A stretch of DNA of 64,000 nucleotides from an uncultured Rhodospirillales bacterium. GTDB taxonomy: Bacteria; Pseudomonadota; Alphaproteobacteria; CAZRBL01. A model generated the notes under the pieces. The model was not told the origin of the DNA. It made no database searches and saw only the letters and a program-made list of their open reading frames with translations. The DNA lies in assembly GCA_964598335.1 (NCBI GenBank), contig CAZRBL010000001.1, forward strand, positions 105,291 to 169,290. Reading direction: 5' to 3'. Both the position numbers and the translations under genes were made by a program. How positions within the stretch are numbered: position 1 is the stretch's first letter; the number at the start of each line of letters is the position of its first letter. Shown piece after piece: positions 27,676-38,334 of this stretch.

Positions 27676-29118
27676 TCAGGCGGCTTTCTCGGTCGGCGGC
27701 GTTGTCATCCGGCTCTGGCTTGCCGCCAGGACGCGTTGCTGCGGAAACAGCAGCGTTGCGGTCGTGCCGGTGCCGACGCTGCTTTCCAGGATCAGAGAGC
27801 CGTCATGCTTCTCCATCCAGGCTTTGACCAGCGCCAGACCGAGACCGGTACCCTCCGCGGCCCGATCATGGCCCTGGGAGACCTGATAGAACGGTTCGGT
27901 CACCTTGTTGAGCTGCGATTGGTCGATGCCGATGCCCTGATCGGCGACGCTCAGCCACAGCCCGTCCTGTTTGCATTCCGCCTCCAGCGTGATGCGCGCG
28001 CCCGCCGGCGAAAACTTGCTGGCATTGGTCAGCAGGTTGAGCAGCATCTGCCTGAGCAGTTTTTCGTCGGCCAGAATGGTCGCCTCGATGCCGTCGACAT
28101 GTAACGTCTGGTCGACGCTTTGCAGCCTCGGCCGGATCATGCGGGTGATTTCGTCAATGATATCGGCGATCGCCACATGGCTTTCGTCCAGCTCTACCGT
28201 ACCGGATTCGATCCGGCCGATATCGATAATGTCATCGACCAGCGCCAGCAGATGCCTGCCGCCCTTGTGAATGTCTTCGGCATAGTCGCGATAATCCTTG
28301 ATGCCGATCGGGCCCGCGGCCTCACTGCGGATCAGGTCTGAAAAGCCGATGACGGCATTCAGCGGCGTCCGCAATTCATGGCTCATCGTCATCAGGAAAC
28401 GGGATTTCGCGGCGCTGCCGGCCTCGGCTTCCTGCAAGGCGCGTTGCAGTTTCGCGGCCAATGCCTCGCTTTCCAGGGCTTTCAGGCGGGCGCCGATGAA
28501 ATTCTTGCGATAGATAAAGGAGTAACGGGCGAGGACCAGACCGAAAATGACCACGCCGACGGCGCCGATCCAGCCATAGGATCCGGCCTGCAGGAAGATC
28601 GCCGTTGCCAGCCCGGTCAGCGACAGCGAGATGAAACTCCAGCTCGTCGGCAGGTGCCCGGCATTGGCGACCAGCGCGCCGCCGCACAATGCGGTGATGA
28701 AAAACGCCATGATCAGGCTCGCTTCCGGATAGGCGCTGTCGATGAAAAAGACCGCGCTGAGGCCGACCGTCAGGCCGCTCATGATCGATGACAGCAGATA
28801 AAGCCGGTTCCAGATCGGAGCGGGCCTGTCCGGGGTGAAACGACGTCGATAGGCGATCAGGAGGCCGACACGGAACAAGGCAACGCACAGCCCGATGACG
28901 ATCAGGGCGGCGATGGCGCCGCGCGGTGCATCGGTGGTGAGCGCCAGCCCGGCAATGATGAGATTGTTGGCCAGCACGCCGATCAGCGACATTGGCAGAT
29001 TATCGTACAGCCAAATGATCAGCGACGCCTCAAGTGCGGTCGAACGCGAGGCGGCGCTGTCGATGATCGACTTATGCTGTGCTGCCGTCAGAGCCATTTC
29101 CCGATCAGCTTTAGCCAT
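27676..29118 (-). CDS. Membrane sensor histidine kinase
   Basis: Multi-TM N-terminus. HisKA H-box (MSHELRTPLNAV). HATPase_c N, G1 and G2 boxes (NLLTNASKF, DQGIGI, GTGLGL). Confidence 0.85.
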   Translation of the reverse strand: MAKADREMALTAAQHKSIIDSAASRSTALEASLIIWLYDNLPMSLIGVLANNLIIAGLALTTDAPRGAIAALIVIGLCVALFRVGLLIAYRRRFTPDRPAPIWNRLYLLSSIMSGLTVGLSAVFFIDSAYPEASLIMAFFITALCGGALVANAGHLPTSWSFISLSLTGLATAIFLQAGSYGWIGAVGVVIFGLVLARYSFIYRKNFIGARLKALESEALAAKLQRALQEAEAGSAAKSRFLMTMSHELRTPLNAVIGFSDLIRSEAAGPIGIKDYRDYAEDIHKGGRHLLALVDDIIDIGRIESGTVELDESHVAIADIIDEITRMIRPRLQSVDQTLHVDGIEATILADEKLLRQMLLNLLTNASKFSPAGARITLEAECKQDGLWLSVADQGIGIDQSQLNKVTEPFYQVSQGHDRAAEGTGLGLALVKAWMEKHDGSLILESSVGTGTTATLLFPQQRVLAASQSRMTTPPTEKAA

Positions 29119-29303
29119 AGTCGCTTCAAGATCGCTGAAAAGCCGATTCTGCCGCCTTGTCCTCGGCCGGCATGACGGCGCAGGGCCTGCCGGTTGCGGT
29201 GCTTCTTGACGGGCTACGAAGTCGGGACCGGCCGGTGCTTGCTGCTGCTAAAACAGTCGCGGCAATCTTGCCCGAACTGCCGCGGCCAGACCCATCGGAG
29301 GCC

Positions 29304-29897
29304 TCAACTGCCTGAGCGGCCCAGCTTCTCCATCTTGGCGATCCACTTCCCATAGACCGGCTTGTCCGGCGCGCCGACCCCGCCGAACAATGTTTCGCGG
29401 ATCGGGTTGATGCCGATAAAGCCGAGGATGTTGCGCTCGAGCGTTTTCAGGCTGTGCGCGCGATACCACCAACGATAAGCGAAGACCGGCATGCCCATCG
29501 TTATGACGATGCGCGCGGAACGGCCGGAGAGCAGCTTTTTCCCGATCTTGCTGCCTTCGCCCCATTCGAGGGCGAAGCCCGGTCTTGCGACCTGCTCGAA
29601 GAAGTTCTTCACCACCGCCGGCATGGTGCCTAGCCATAAGGGATAGATGATTACCAGATGCTCGGCCGCCGTGATCGCCCGCTGTGCTGATCGCGCGGCT
29701 TCCGGCACCGGCCCCGAGACCCAATCCTCGGCGCTGCTGATAAAGGGCAGCTCGAGCTCAGCCATGTCGATCAGCGCGACCCGGTGTCCGGCTGCCTCCG
29801 CGCCTTGTCGGTAAGCGTCTGCCAGGGCATGGCACAAATGCCCGCCCGTTGCGTCGGGGTGGCCTTGCAGAATAGCGATGGTCTTCCTTGTCATCAT
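29304..29897 (-). CDS. NAD(P)H dehydrogenase (quinone) / flavodoxin-like-fold oxidoreductase
   Basis: The C-terminal 197 codons of track ORF 29304..30761 start MMTRKTIAILQGHP... (Flavodoxin_2 family). The N-terminal 288 codons of the track ORF are antisense to the isochorismatase gene and rejected. Confidence 0.75.
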   Translation of the reverse strand: MMTRKTIAILQGHPDATGGHLCHALADAYRQGAEAAGHRVALIDMAELELPFISSAEDWVSGPVPEAARSAQRAITAAEHLVIIYPLWLGTMPAVVKNFFEQVARPGFALEWGEGSKIGKKLLSGRSARIVITMGMPVFAYRWWYRAHSLKTLERNILGFIGINPIRETLFGGVGAPDKPVYGKWIAKMEKLGRSGS

Positions 29898-30017
29898 CGT
29901 ATCCGGCCATGATCGCGGCTCGGACGCCAGCCCTTTCAACTCGCCCTTGCCGCCGGCGCCGAAGGGCGTCAGCATGGCTGCCATTGCATAACGGGCAAAA
30001 CCAGTGAGGCATGCGGT

Positions 30018-30665
30018 ATGACTGAGCAATCCTATCAGGCCGCCGGTTACGGCACCGGCAGTATCGGTTTCGGGCGCAAGGCCGGGGTCGTCATCGTTGA
30101 TTTTCAGAAGGCGTTCAGCCGTGACAAGTTTCCGCTGGGCAAGAGCGCGCATGTCCATCGGGCGATCGACAATACGGCGGTGCTGCTCAAGGCGGCGCGG
30201 GCGGCCGGTCTGCCGGTGGCGAATGTCTATACCGCCTATTCCAGCCCGGCCGATGCGCCGCGCTGGAAGGTCGATAATGTCGCCAATGCCTTTTTCCATG
30301 GCAGCGAAGAGGTCGAGCTCGAACCGAAGACGTATGACCCGGAATATGATGCGGTATTCCTGAAATCGGCTCCGTCGGCACTGTTCCAGACGGCGGTGGT
30401 GCCGTTCTTCGTGCATCAGGAGGTCGACACCGTGATCATCGCCGGCTGCACTACCAGCGGCTGTGTCCGGGCCAGCATCAATGATGCTTTCTCCTTCGGC
30501 TTTCGGGTGATCGTGCCCGAACCCTGCGTCGGCGACATGGATGAAGGTCCGCACCGGGACAATCTCCGTGACGTCGGTCGCCGTTATTGCGACGTTATCG
30601 ATCTCGACACGGCCCTGAGCGCGATTGAGCGCTATGGCGCCGGCGCGGCTCAGGCGGCGGAATAA
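30018..30665 (+). CDS. Isochorismatase-family cysteine hydrolase
   Basis: Catalytic triad context (VVIVDFQKAF, K, IIAGCTTSGCVRAS). 215 aa. Confidence 0.85.
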   Translation: MTEQSYQAAGYGTGSIGFGRKAGVVIVDFQKAFSRDKFPLGKSAHVHRAIDNTAVLLKAARAAGLPVANVYTAYSSPADAPRWKVDNVANAFFHGSEEVELEPKTYDPEYDAVFLKSAPSALFQTAVVPFFVHQEVDTVIIAGCTTSGCVRASINDAFSFGFRVIVPEPCVGDMDEGPHRDNLRDVGRRYCDVIDLDTALSAIERYGAGAAQAAE

Positions 30666-30815
30666 CCGGGCCACAGGCTCAGGATTGCATACACCTGTTG
30701 CCGAGCCGCAACAGCCTGCCCCTTTCTCTCGGCCTCGATCATCCGCTGAATTGCGGCACAACGTATGCGTTCTTATTCAACGCTGACGTTTTTACGACGA
30801 AACGAGGTCCAGAAA

Positions 30816-33323
30816 ATGCGGATGTCCGCCCGTTCGGTGCTGCTTGCCGGTGCCAGTGCCATCGCCATCACGGCCATGACGACCATCCCACAGCCGCTCA
30901 AGGCGCAGGCCGAATTCGGTGCGCTGGAAGAAATCGCCGTTACCGCGCGTCGCCGCGACGAAACACTGCTCGACGTGCCGGCATCGGTCACGGTCTTCAC
31001 CAGCCGCGATCTTGAACAGGCCGACATTGAACGCGCCGAGGACTTCATCAATCTGACCGCCGGTGTGACCATCGTCGACACGGCCGAGGTCGGCGATACC
31101 CAGATCAATATTCGCGGCATCAACGGCACCCGCGATGCCGAGGCAAGCTTCGCCTTCGTCATCGACGGCATTCTGCTGACTAACCCGTCCAGCTTTAACC
31201 GCGAATTCAGCGCGCTGGAGCAGATCGAAATCCTCAAGGGCCCGCAGGGTGCGCTTTACGGCCGCAACGCCGCCGCCGGCGCGATCGTGGTGAATACCAA
31301 GCGGCCGGGCAATGATTTCGAGGCCGAGGTGGAAGTCAGCGGCGGCAGCCAGCAGACTTTCGTCGGCGCTGCCCGCCTGGCCGGTCCGGTCGTTGAAGAT
31401 GAACTCTATGCCCAGATCGCGATCGATTATCGCGACACCGACGGCTTCTACACCAATGATTTCCTGCAGCGCGACGTCGTTGACGATTATCAGGGCTTCA
31501 ACATCAATGGCCGCCTGGTCTGGGAGCCGACCGCCGATACCACGGTCGATCTCAAGGCGCGCTATGGCGAGGTCGAGGCCGGTGCCATCAGCTTCGACGA
31601 AGCCTTTCACCTGCCGATCTTTGCCGGCGTGTTCGCGGCCGGAACGCCGGATGGCGAGCCCGGCGCGCTGTTTTTCGAGGACGTCAACGACCACGATTTC
31701 GCCTTTCAGAACAATATCGACCCGCTCAATGAGCAGGAAAGCTATGAGATTTCCGTCAAGGTCGATCACAGCTTCGATTTTGCCGATCTGACGGTCTGGG
31801 CGCTGTATAGCGACGTCAATCAGTTCTTCTTTTCCGACGGCACCAGCGCCGATTTCCGCTTTTTTGCTGAAGAGCCGCTATGTCAGGCATCGACGCAAAG
31901 CCTGTTCGATCAGGGCGTGCAGATCGTCGGCGCGCCCTTCCTGATCCCCGACACGCAGGCCGCAGTGTTCGGTCCCTATTCGCCGACCACCTGTGACGGC
32001 ACCCAGACGCAGGTGCGGGATCAGTCCGATTTCAGCATTGAGGCCAGCCTTGCCGGCGATTACGGCGACCGGCTGCAATGGGGCGCCGGGCTCTATTTCC
32101 TGACCCTGACACGGGAAGTCGGCGTCGCGACCAATATCGACACCGGCAACCCGCCCAATGACCGGCTGTTCAACCCGCCGGGCCAGGGCTTCCCGTCGCC
32201 GACCGAACAGCTCGTCAATGACGAGTTCGATACCAATGTCTACGCCGTGTTCGGCAACATCGATTATGACGTTACCGACGCGCTGAGCGCCAGCGTGGCG
32301 CTGCGCTATGATGCCGAGGTGCGCAAGGTGCAAAACCTCGTGCCGACCTTTGCCCGGACGCAGTTCATTGATTTCGACGGACCGCCCTTCGACGGCGGCG
32401 CCCCGCTCAACCCCGGCCTCAACCCGGCGATCAATCCGACCGGTGAAATCCCGGACGACAAGGAAACCTTCCAGCAGATCCAGCCGAAAATCTCGCTGAC
32501 CTACACCCCGACAGACGATCTGACGCTGTTTGCCAATTGGGGCATCGGCTTCAAATCCGGCGGTTTCAACAATCAGGGCTCGGCGGCGACGATCCAGAGC
32601 TTCATCGTCGACACAACCGGCTCGAATGTGACCATCACCGATGTCTTCGACAAGGAAACCTCGAGCGCCTTCGAGGTCGGCATCAAGGGCAATCTGATGG
32701 GTGGTCGTCTGACTTTTGAAGCGGCGGGCTATTATACCGACGTCGAAGACATGCAGTTCTTCGAGTTCTTCGTCGGCCCGTTCGGCCTGTTGCGGGTCGT
32801 CAGCAATATCGACGAGGTCGAAATCTATGGCGGTGAGCTGGCTGCGCAGTTCCGGGTCACCGACACGCTGACCGTTTTCGCCAGCGGCAATATCACCGAG
32901 AGCGAAATTAAGGCGAACAGCGCGCGGCCGCTGACGGTCGGCAACTCATCGCCCTATACGCCGGACTACACCCTCAATATCGGTGCCCAGCTCGACCAGC
33001 CGGTGACCAGCGGGATCAATTTCGTCGGCCGCGTCGATTACCGCCTGACCGGCCCGACCTGGTTCCACACGGTGCAGGCTGATGAGGTGCCGACGCTGTT
33101 CGGTGTGCCGGGCGATTACTCGGTGACCCGGCGCGATGAGTTCGGCATCGTCAATCTGCGTGCCGGATTCGAGGGCGAGAACTGGAGCATCGCCGGGTTC
33201 GTCAACAATCTGACCGGCAATGATTATCTCGAAGAGGTGATCCCGGCGCCCGAATTCGGCGGCTCCTTCATCTCCCCGGGCGAACGCCGCTCCTGGGGCA
33301 TCGAGCTGGGCTACCGGTTCTAG
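30816..33323 (+). CDS. TonB-dependent outer-membrane receptor
   Basis: Start at MRMSARSVLLAGASAIAITAM (signal peptide). Plug domain (EEIAVTARRR, ILKGPQGALYGRNAAAGAIVV). ~800 aa barrel. C-terminal ...LGYRF. Confidence 0.9.
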   Translation: MRMSARSVLLAGASAIAITAMTTIPQPLKAQAEFGALEEIAVTARRRDETLLDVPASVTVFTSRDLEQADIERAEDFINLTAGVTIVDTAEVGDTQINIRGINGTRDAEASFAFVIDGILLTNPSSFNREFSALEQIEILKGPQGALYGRNAAAGAIVVNTKRPGNDFEAEVEVSGGSQQTFVGAARLAGPVVEDELYAQIAIDYRDTDGFYTNDFLQRDVVDDYQGFNINGRLVWEPTADTTVDLKARYGEVEAGAISFDEAFHLPIFAGVFAAGTPDGEPGALFFEDVNDHDFAFQNNIDPLNEQESYEISVKVDHSFDFADLTVWALYSDVNQFFFSDGTSADFRFFAEEPLCQASTQSLFDQGVQIVGAPFLIPDTQAAVFGPYSPTTCDGTQTQVRDQSDFSIEASLAGDYGDRLQWGAGLYFLTLTREVGVATNIDTGNPPNDRLFNPPGQGFPSPTEQLVNDEFDTNVYAVFGNIDYDVTDALSASVALRYDAEVRKVQNLVPTFARTQFIDFDGPPFDGGAPLNPGLNPAINPTGEIPDDKETFQQIQPKISLTYTPTDDLTLFANWGIGFKSGGFNNQGSAATIQSFIVDTTGSNVTITDVFDKETSSAFEVGIKGNLMGGRLTFEAAGYYTDVEDMQFFEFFVGPFGLLRVVSNIDEVEIYGGELAAQFRVTDTLTVFASGNITESEIKANSARPLTVGNSSPYTPDYTLNIGAQLDQPVTSGINFVGRVDYRLTGPTWFHTVQADEVPTLFGVPGDYSVTRRDEFGIVNLRAGFEGENWSIAGFVNNLTGNDYLEEVIPAPEFGGSFISPGERRSWGIELGYRF

Positions 33324-33342
33324 GAAACTTCCACCCTTGCGC

Positions 33343-33370
33343 CCGACCGGAAAAGGGGCCCGCGCGGCCC
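33343..33370. terminator. Bidirectional rho-independent terminator
   Basis: aaaaGGGGCCcgcgcGGCCCCttttt between the convergent TBDR and alpha/beta-hydrolase genes. Confidence 0.65.
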
Positions 33371-33375
33371 CTTTT

Positions 33376-34191
33376 TCATGCCCGCGTCAGGAAATCCATG
33401 ACAACCGGCGCCGTCGCTTCGGGTTCCTCGATCATGCAATAGGTGCCGCCGCCATCCGGGATGATGGCGGTTTCGGCTTGCGGGGCGAGTGCCCGGAAAC
33501 TTTCCGCCGCCTCGGCGATCCGCGACCCGCTTGCGCCCATGATGCCCGATCCGCCCATCAGCAGCAGGATCGGCATTTGCAGCGCCTTGACGTCGCCGGT
33601 CAGATCGAGGCCGACGAAGACATCGAGAATGTCGCCGAAGCGGTTCATATCGAAATTGCGCGCGAAACAATCCCGCTCCCACTGGACGAAATCGTGCCCC
33701 TCCTGGCTGTAGACGTGATGCTCGGCGGCGCCGATCCACTGGGTGACCTTGGCCAGGGCTTCATAGCCTAAGGTCTCGCCGACCATGCGGAAGGTTTCAA
33801 AAACCTCATGTGCCGAGGGCCCGGCCTTGAAACTCGGATAGGTGATCAGTCTCTCGCAATGCTCGGGAAACCGCGCGGCATAGCGGATCGACAGATAGGC
33901 GCCGGTCGAGGTGCCCCAGAGGTGTATGCGATCATGGCCCAGATGGCCGCGAACGGTCTCCATATCGTCGACCCAGTCATCCAGCGCAAAGCCGCCTTGC
34001 GGCCACTCACGGCTCGACTTCCCCGAACCGCGATAATGCCAATTGATGACCGTGAAGCGGTCGGCCAGCAGCGGCGTGATGCGGGCGAACTGGTCGTGCA
34101 GCAAGCCAAAGCCGCCGGTCAGGACCAGGGGCGGGCCTGTGCCCGTGCTCTCATACCATAGCTCTGCAGTGTTCATGGTTATCTTCGGCAT
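33376..34191 (-). CDS. Alpha/beta-fold hydrolase
   Basis: Nucleophile elbow GTSTGA. HG oxyanion motif. 271 aa. Confidence 0.8.
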   Translation of the reverse strand: MPKITMNTAELWYESTGTGPPLVLTGGFGLLHDQFARITPLLADRFTVINWHYRGSGKSSREWPQGGFALDDWVDDMETVRGHLGHDRIHLWGTSTGAYLSIRYAARFPEHCERLITYPSFKAGPSAHEVFETFRMVGETLGYEALAKVTQWIGAAEHHVYSQEGHDFVQWERDCFARNFDMNRFGDILDVFVGLDLTGDVKALQMPILLLMGGSGIMGASGSRIAEAAESFRALAPQAETAIIPDGGGTYCMIEEPEATAPVVMDFLTRA

Positions 34192-34194
34192 CCC

Positions 34195-35235
34195 TTAAAA
34201 CTGCACTGAAAGGCTTAGCGCGGCAAATTTCTGGCGGCCGATTTCCGTATCATAGGTCGGTGTGCGCACAACGAAGGCATAGCCCGCGCGGATCCGGCGA
34301 TAGGCCATTTCGATGCCGACCTGAAATTCGGCAATGAAGGGGTTGCGGTCGACGGACGGACCGTCGCGAAAGCTGTTGCCGTCGAGAAAGATCGAGTGAA
34401 CGACTGCTCGCCCGTCCGCCGAGGCGAAGACATAGGCCGCAAAACCGCCATCGCGGATCGCGTGCGAGGTCGCCAGACTTGGCTGAATTCGCGCCGGGCC
34501 GAAGTCATTGGCCAGCCCGGTGCCGAGGCGCAAAGCCGCATTGATGCTGGCCGAGCTTTGCACATTGCCGAGTGCGATGCTGGCGCCGGGAACCAGATCG
34601 CCTTCCAGGCCGATGACGTCGAAATCAATCCAGCCGCGATAGCGCCGGTCATAGCCGATCAGAAGGGCCGGTTCGTTGCGAAGCTGGTTCGCCCAGCCAT
34701 TCGGATCACGGCCGTCGATGATCTCGTGGATAAAGCGCTGGGCCTCGGCACCAAGTGCTGCAGGGCCGACGACACCGAGCGAAAGCGTTATTGAATCCAG
34801 CCGGTCCGCCGAGATCGCGGTCACGACGGCGGCTGCTGACAAATGGCCGGCATAGGGATGCTGGTCGGGCAGCGGTTCGGTCGCTTCGATGTCCTCGGGC
34901 GTGAACATGCGTTGGGTCAGCGCGAAGGTGCCGAACATCTCGGGTGTGCGGCCCGCCTGCAGCCAGGAGCCGAAATCGCGCATGAATTTCGGCGCGCGGT
35001 CGGCGGCTGTGGTATAGGACAGCTGGACACCGTTGGTGTAATTGCGATCGGTGCCGGCGAACAGATCGTTTTCCAGGACAAAGGTCCAGGTGCCGCGCGA
35101 CTTGGCCCGGCTTTCGGCCGCTTTTTCGTCCAAAGCCTCGCTATAGGCTTCGGTATCGAGCGGATCAGGCTCCGCTTCCTCGCTCATCGCCGCGCCCGTC
35201 ACCAGGAGCAGCGCTGCCGCGAGAGCAAGGCGCAT
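34195..35235 (-). CDS. Outer-membrane protein, lipid A deacylase LpxR family (DUF2219)-like
   Basis: Signal peptide. ENDLFAGTDRNYTNGVQLSY segment typical of the DUF2219/LpxR family. C-terminal F. 346 aa. Family assignment is from memory. Confidence 0.5.
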   Translation of the reverse strand: MRLALAAALLLVTGAAMSEEAEPDPLDTEAYSEALDEKAAESRAKSRGTWTFVLENDLFAGTDRNYTNGVQLSYTTAADRAPKFMRDFGSWLQAGRTPEMFGTFALTQRMFTPEDIEATEPLPDQHPYAGHLSAAAVVTAISADRLDSITLSLGVVGPAALGAEAQRFIHEIIDGRDPNGWANQLRNEPALLIGYDRRYRGWIDFDVIGLEGDLVPGASIALGNVQSSASINAALRLGTGLANDFGPARIQPSLATSHAIRDGGFAAYVFASADGRAVVHSIFLDGNSFRDGPSVDRNPFIAEFQVGIEMAYRRIRAGYAFVVRTPTYDTEIGRQKFAALSLSVQF

Positions 35236-35259
35236 CGGCCGGCCGCCCGAGGGCGCGAA

Positions 35260-38142
35260 TTACCGACCGACCTGTTCGAGCAAGGCTTCGGCTTCGCCGC
35301 GGCGCGAGAAATCCTGTTCCGTATCGATCAGCGAGACCAGAATATCACGCGCCTCGTCCCGCTTGCCGGTCATGAACAGACCATAGGCGAGGTGATAGGC
35401 CATATCGCCGTTTTCCGGCCGGGCCCGCGTCGCGGCTTCGACCAGCCGGATACCTTCATTGAACTGGCCGTTGCGGATCAGCAGCCAGCCGACGGTGTCC
35501 GCGATTTCGGGCGAGTTCGGCGCCAATTGCAGGGCCCGTCGGGCCATGACGATAGCGCGGTCATATTCTTCCTGTTCGCCCAGGATCCAGGCGAGATTGT
35601 TCAGGGAAATGGCATCATTGGGGGCGGCGTCGATGATCCGCTCGTAAAGTTCGGCCGCCTCACCGAGATTGCCGCGGTTCAGCAGGAAGGAAGACAGGAC
35701 CCTTTTGGCATTGTCGTCCTGAGGGTTTGCAACGACCCAATCGGTCAGGCTTTCCGCAGCCTCGGATTCCTGGCCATCCTCGCGCAGCGCGTTGAATATG
35801 GTCAGCGCGATTTCGGTGCTTTGCAGCTCGGCATTGGCCCGGCGCAGATAGGTGACGGCCTCATCCAGTTGATCCTGGCGGACGAAGACACGTGAGCGCA
35901 CCAGCGCGCCGCCGACCGGATCGGCTTCGCCAAGCCGCTCCGCCACCGCGATTGCCTCTGCCTCTTCATCATTCTCGATGGCAAGGTCGACCAGGGCGAT
36001 GGCAACCTGACGGTTTTCGGGCTGAAGATCTCGGGCGCGCAGCAGCCATTCACGGCCCTGCTCGCGATTGCCGTTGACGAAATGCGCGCGCGCCAAGGTG
36101 ATCACCGGGTCGACATCGTCGGGCCTGAGCTCCGTCAGCTGCTCCAGCGCCTCAAGCCCGAGCTCGGCTTCCCCTGCATCGACCAGCAGGCGGCCGGAAA
36201 GATCGAGGATGACGGCTTTTTGCTCATCGCTTTCCGCGGTGTCGACCAGTGCATAAAGTTCTCGGGCGATGCGGGCGGCGTCTTCATCGCGGTCCTGCTC
36301 GACATAGAAGCGGGCCAGGGTTGCCTTGAGGCGCGGTGAATCGGGGATCTCGGTGATCTTGGTTTCAAGCAGCTGCGCGGCCTGTTCCGCGCCGTCCTCG
36401 ATGTCGTCGCGGCTGGCCAGGAAACGGGCGGTTCCCAGCACGATGGCTTCGTTATTCGGGGCGCGTTCCATCGCCTCGAACAGGGTTTCCTGCGCCGCAT
36501 CCGGGCCGTCGATCCGGCTGACGACGCGGGCAAGACCCTGCAGGGCAGGCAGGAAATCGGGGTTATCGCGCAGGATGCTGTCATAAGTATCGCGTGCGGC
36601 GGGCAGATCTTCGCGCACCAGCGCAACCTCGGCCTGCAGGGTACGCAGCAGGACATTATCGGGCGAATTGGCCAGTTCGCGATCAAGTGCTTCCTGCGCT
36701 TCTTCGATCTGGCCCGCTTCGATGAAATCCTGCACCAGCAGAATGGTCGCCGCCACCGGGTCGGCTTCCTCAGCCGCCGCGCCGCCGCCGCCGGTCGCGC
36801 CGCCCATCGCATTATTGATCAGCGCAAGCCGGCGGGCCGCTTGCTGCGAGGCCCGGGCGCTGGGCTGTTGCCGGATACGCTCGTAATATTCCGCAGCCTT
36901 GGCGATATCGCCCTGGCGCGTATAGGCGCTGGCAAGGCGCCTGAGCGTGCCGATATCGTCCGGCTCACGGCGCAGGATCGGCTCCAAGACCTCTATCGCG
37001 CCGATCTGATCGTCGCGACGGAGATAGGTGTCGGCCAGCAAATGCTGCGCGGCGATATTGTTCGGGTTGCGGGCGACATAGGAGGCCAGCAAATCTTCAG
37101 CCAGCGCATAGCGTTCGGTGTTGATGCGGATAATGCCGCCGAGCAGCAGCGCCGGCTCGAAATTGCGCAGCGTGTCCTCGATCTGGGTGAATTCGCGGTC
37201 CGCTTCCTCGAACCGCCCTTCCTGGATCAGAATGGTGATATTGGTGTAGCGCGCATCGATGTTATCGGGATTGGCGGCGATGGCTTCATCGATCGTCGCG
37301 CGTGCCTCTTCAAGATCGCCGGTGCGCAATGACAGGCGCGCCTTGCGGGCCAGAACGGCGGCATTGTCCGGCGAGATTTCGAGTGCCTGATCGAGCGCCA
37401 ACAACGCATCGCCGGGCCGGTTGAGGTCGGTCAGCAATTCGGCGCGGGCAAGCCATGCCTGCAGATTGCTGGGATCGATATCGAGCGCGGAATAGATGTG
37501 CTCGAGCGCTTCTTCCTTGTCGTCCTGCGCATTGGCGACGCGCGCCAGCGCGATATAGGCCTGGCTGGCGCGCGGGTTGAGCTCCAGGGCGCGGGTATAT
37601 TGCGCCCGCGCTTCATCGAGTTGCTCAAGGCCGAAATGGGCGTTGCCCAGAAGCTGCGCCTTGACCACTTCCAGCTCTTCGGTTTCCGCCGCGGGATCGA
37701 CGACGGAGAGCACGTCTTCAAAATTGCTTTCGCGTTGAGAGGGGTCAGGCGCGCTGAGAAGTGCGCGGGCGAGCAGGATCTGGTGCGCGTCCGAGGGCTC
37801 CATTTGATAGAGTTCCTCGGCAAGCTCCTGACGCCTCAGCGCCCGCTGGCCGAACAGCCTGAGCGATTGCGGGGTGAGATAAAGCTCAGTCAGCAGCCGC
37901 TGGGCCTCGACCAGGTCGGGATCGCGATCGAGCGCGTTCCGAAGCTGGATTTCGGCCGCCAGCGGGTCGTTGTCCTCAAGCCGCTCACGCGCATCTTCGA
38001 GGAATTGCTGCCCGGTTTCCTGCGCTCTTGCGCCTGTCGGCTCGGCAATGACGGCGACCAGCGCCAGTGTGAGTGCCAGCGTTCCCAGACGAAAGGCCGG
38101 GCCCAGATCGATAATCATGGTTTTCAAGACAGACCCCATGGT
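35260..38142 (-). CDS. prsT: PEP-CTERM-system TPR-repeat protein, PrsT-like (secreted)
   Basis: ~960 aa of tandem TPR repeats behind a signal peptide (LALTLALVAVIAEPTGARAQ). Immediately downstream of prsR in an XrtA locus. Confidence 0.6.
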   Translation of the reverse strand, partial: TMGSVLKTMIIDLGPAFRLGTLALTLALVAVIAEPTGARAQETGQQFLEDARERLEDNDPLAAEIQLRNALDRDPDLVEAQRLLTELYLTPQSLRLFGQRALRRQELAEELYQMEPSDAHQILLARALLSAPDPSQRESNFEDVLSVVDPAAETEELEVVKAQLLGNAHFGLEQLDEARAQYTRALELNPRASQAYIALARVANAQDDKEEALEHIYSALDIDPSNLQAWLARAELLTDLNRPGDALLALDQALEISPDNAAVLARKARLSLRTGDLEEARATIDEAIAANPDNIDARYTNITILIQEGRFEEADREFTQIEDTLRNFEPALLLGGIIRINTERYALAEDLLASYVARNPNNIAAQHLLADTYLRRDDQIGAIEVLEPILRREPDDIGTLRRLASAYTRQGDIAKAAEYYERIRQQPSARASQQAARRLALINNAMGGATGGGGAAAEEADPVAATILLVQDFIEAGQIEEAQEALDRELANSPDNVLLRTLQAEVALVREDLPAARDTYDSILRDNPDFLPALQGLARVVSRIDGPDAAQETLFEAMERAPNNEAIVLGTARFLASRDDIEDGAEQAAQLLETKITEIPDSPRLKATLARFYVEQDRDEDAARIARELYALVDTAESDEQKAVILDLSGRLLVDAGEAELGLEALEQLTELRPDDVDPVITLARAHFVNGNREQGREWLLRARDLQPENRQVAIALVDLAIENDEEAEAIAVAERLGEADPVGGALVRSRVFVRQDQLDEAVTYLRRANAELQSTEIALTIFNALREDGQESEAAESLTDWVVANPQDDNAKRVLSSFLLNRGNLGEAAELYERIIDAAPNDAISLNNLAWILGEQEEYDRAIVMARRALQLAPNSPEIADTVGWLLIRNGQFNEGIRLVEAATRARPENGDMAYHLAYGLFMTGKRDEARDILVSLIDTEQDFSRRGEAEALLEQVGR

Positions 38143-38334
38143 TTGGCTGCTCCTATCCCGCAAGCAGTAATTCAGGTTGCCAAAGATGTCCCCAAGACCG
38201 CCCACATCCAAGCGTTTCCGATTCATGACTATCGGGGAAATCCTTGTCGGATCATGAATAGGCGTTGGTTTCGGCGGTTTTGTGGCATAGCGCGACGGCC
38301 ATTTCCAGCCCGCCGGAAATCCGTCGATATTGCT

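Noticed and set aside
29898-30761. N-terminal 288 codons of track ORF 29304..30761
   Set aside because: Antisense to the isochorismatase gene (30018..30665). Only the C-terminal flavodoxin-like 197 codons are a real gene.
33320-33739. 139-aa and 144-aa ORFs overlapping the alpha/beta-hydrolase gene
   Set aside because: Alternative-frame or antisense ORFs inside the hydrolase CDS. Arg/Gly/Pro-rich with no domains.
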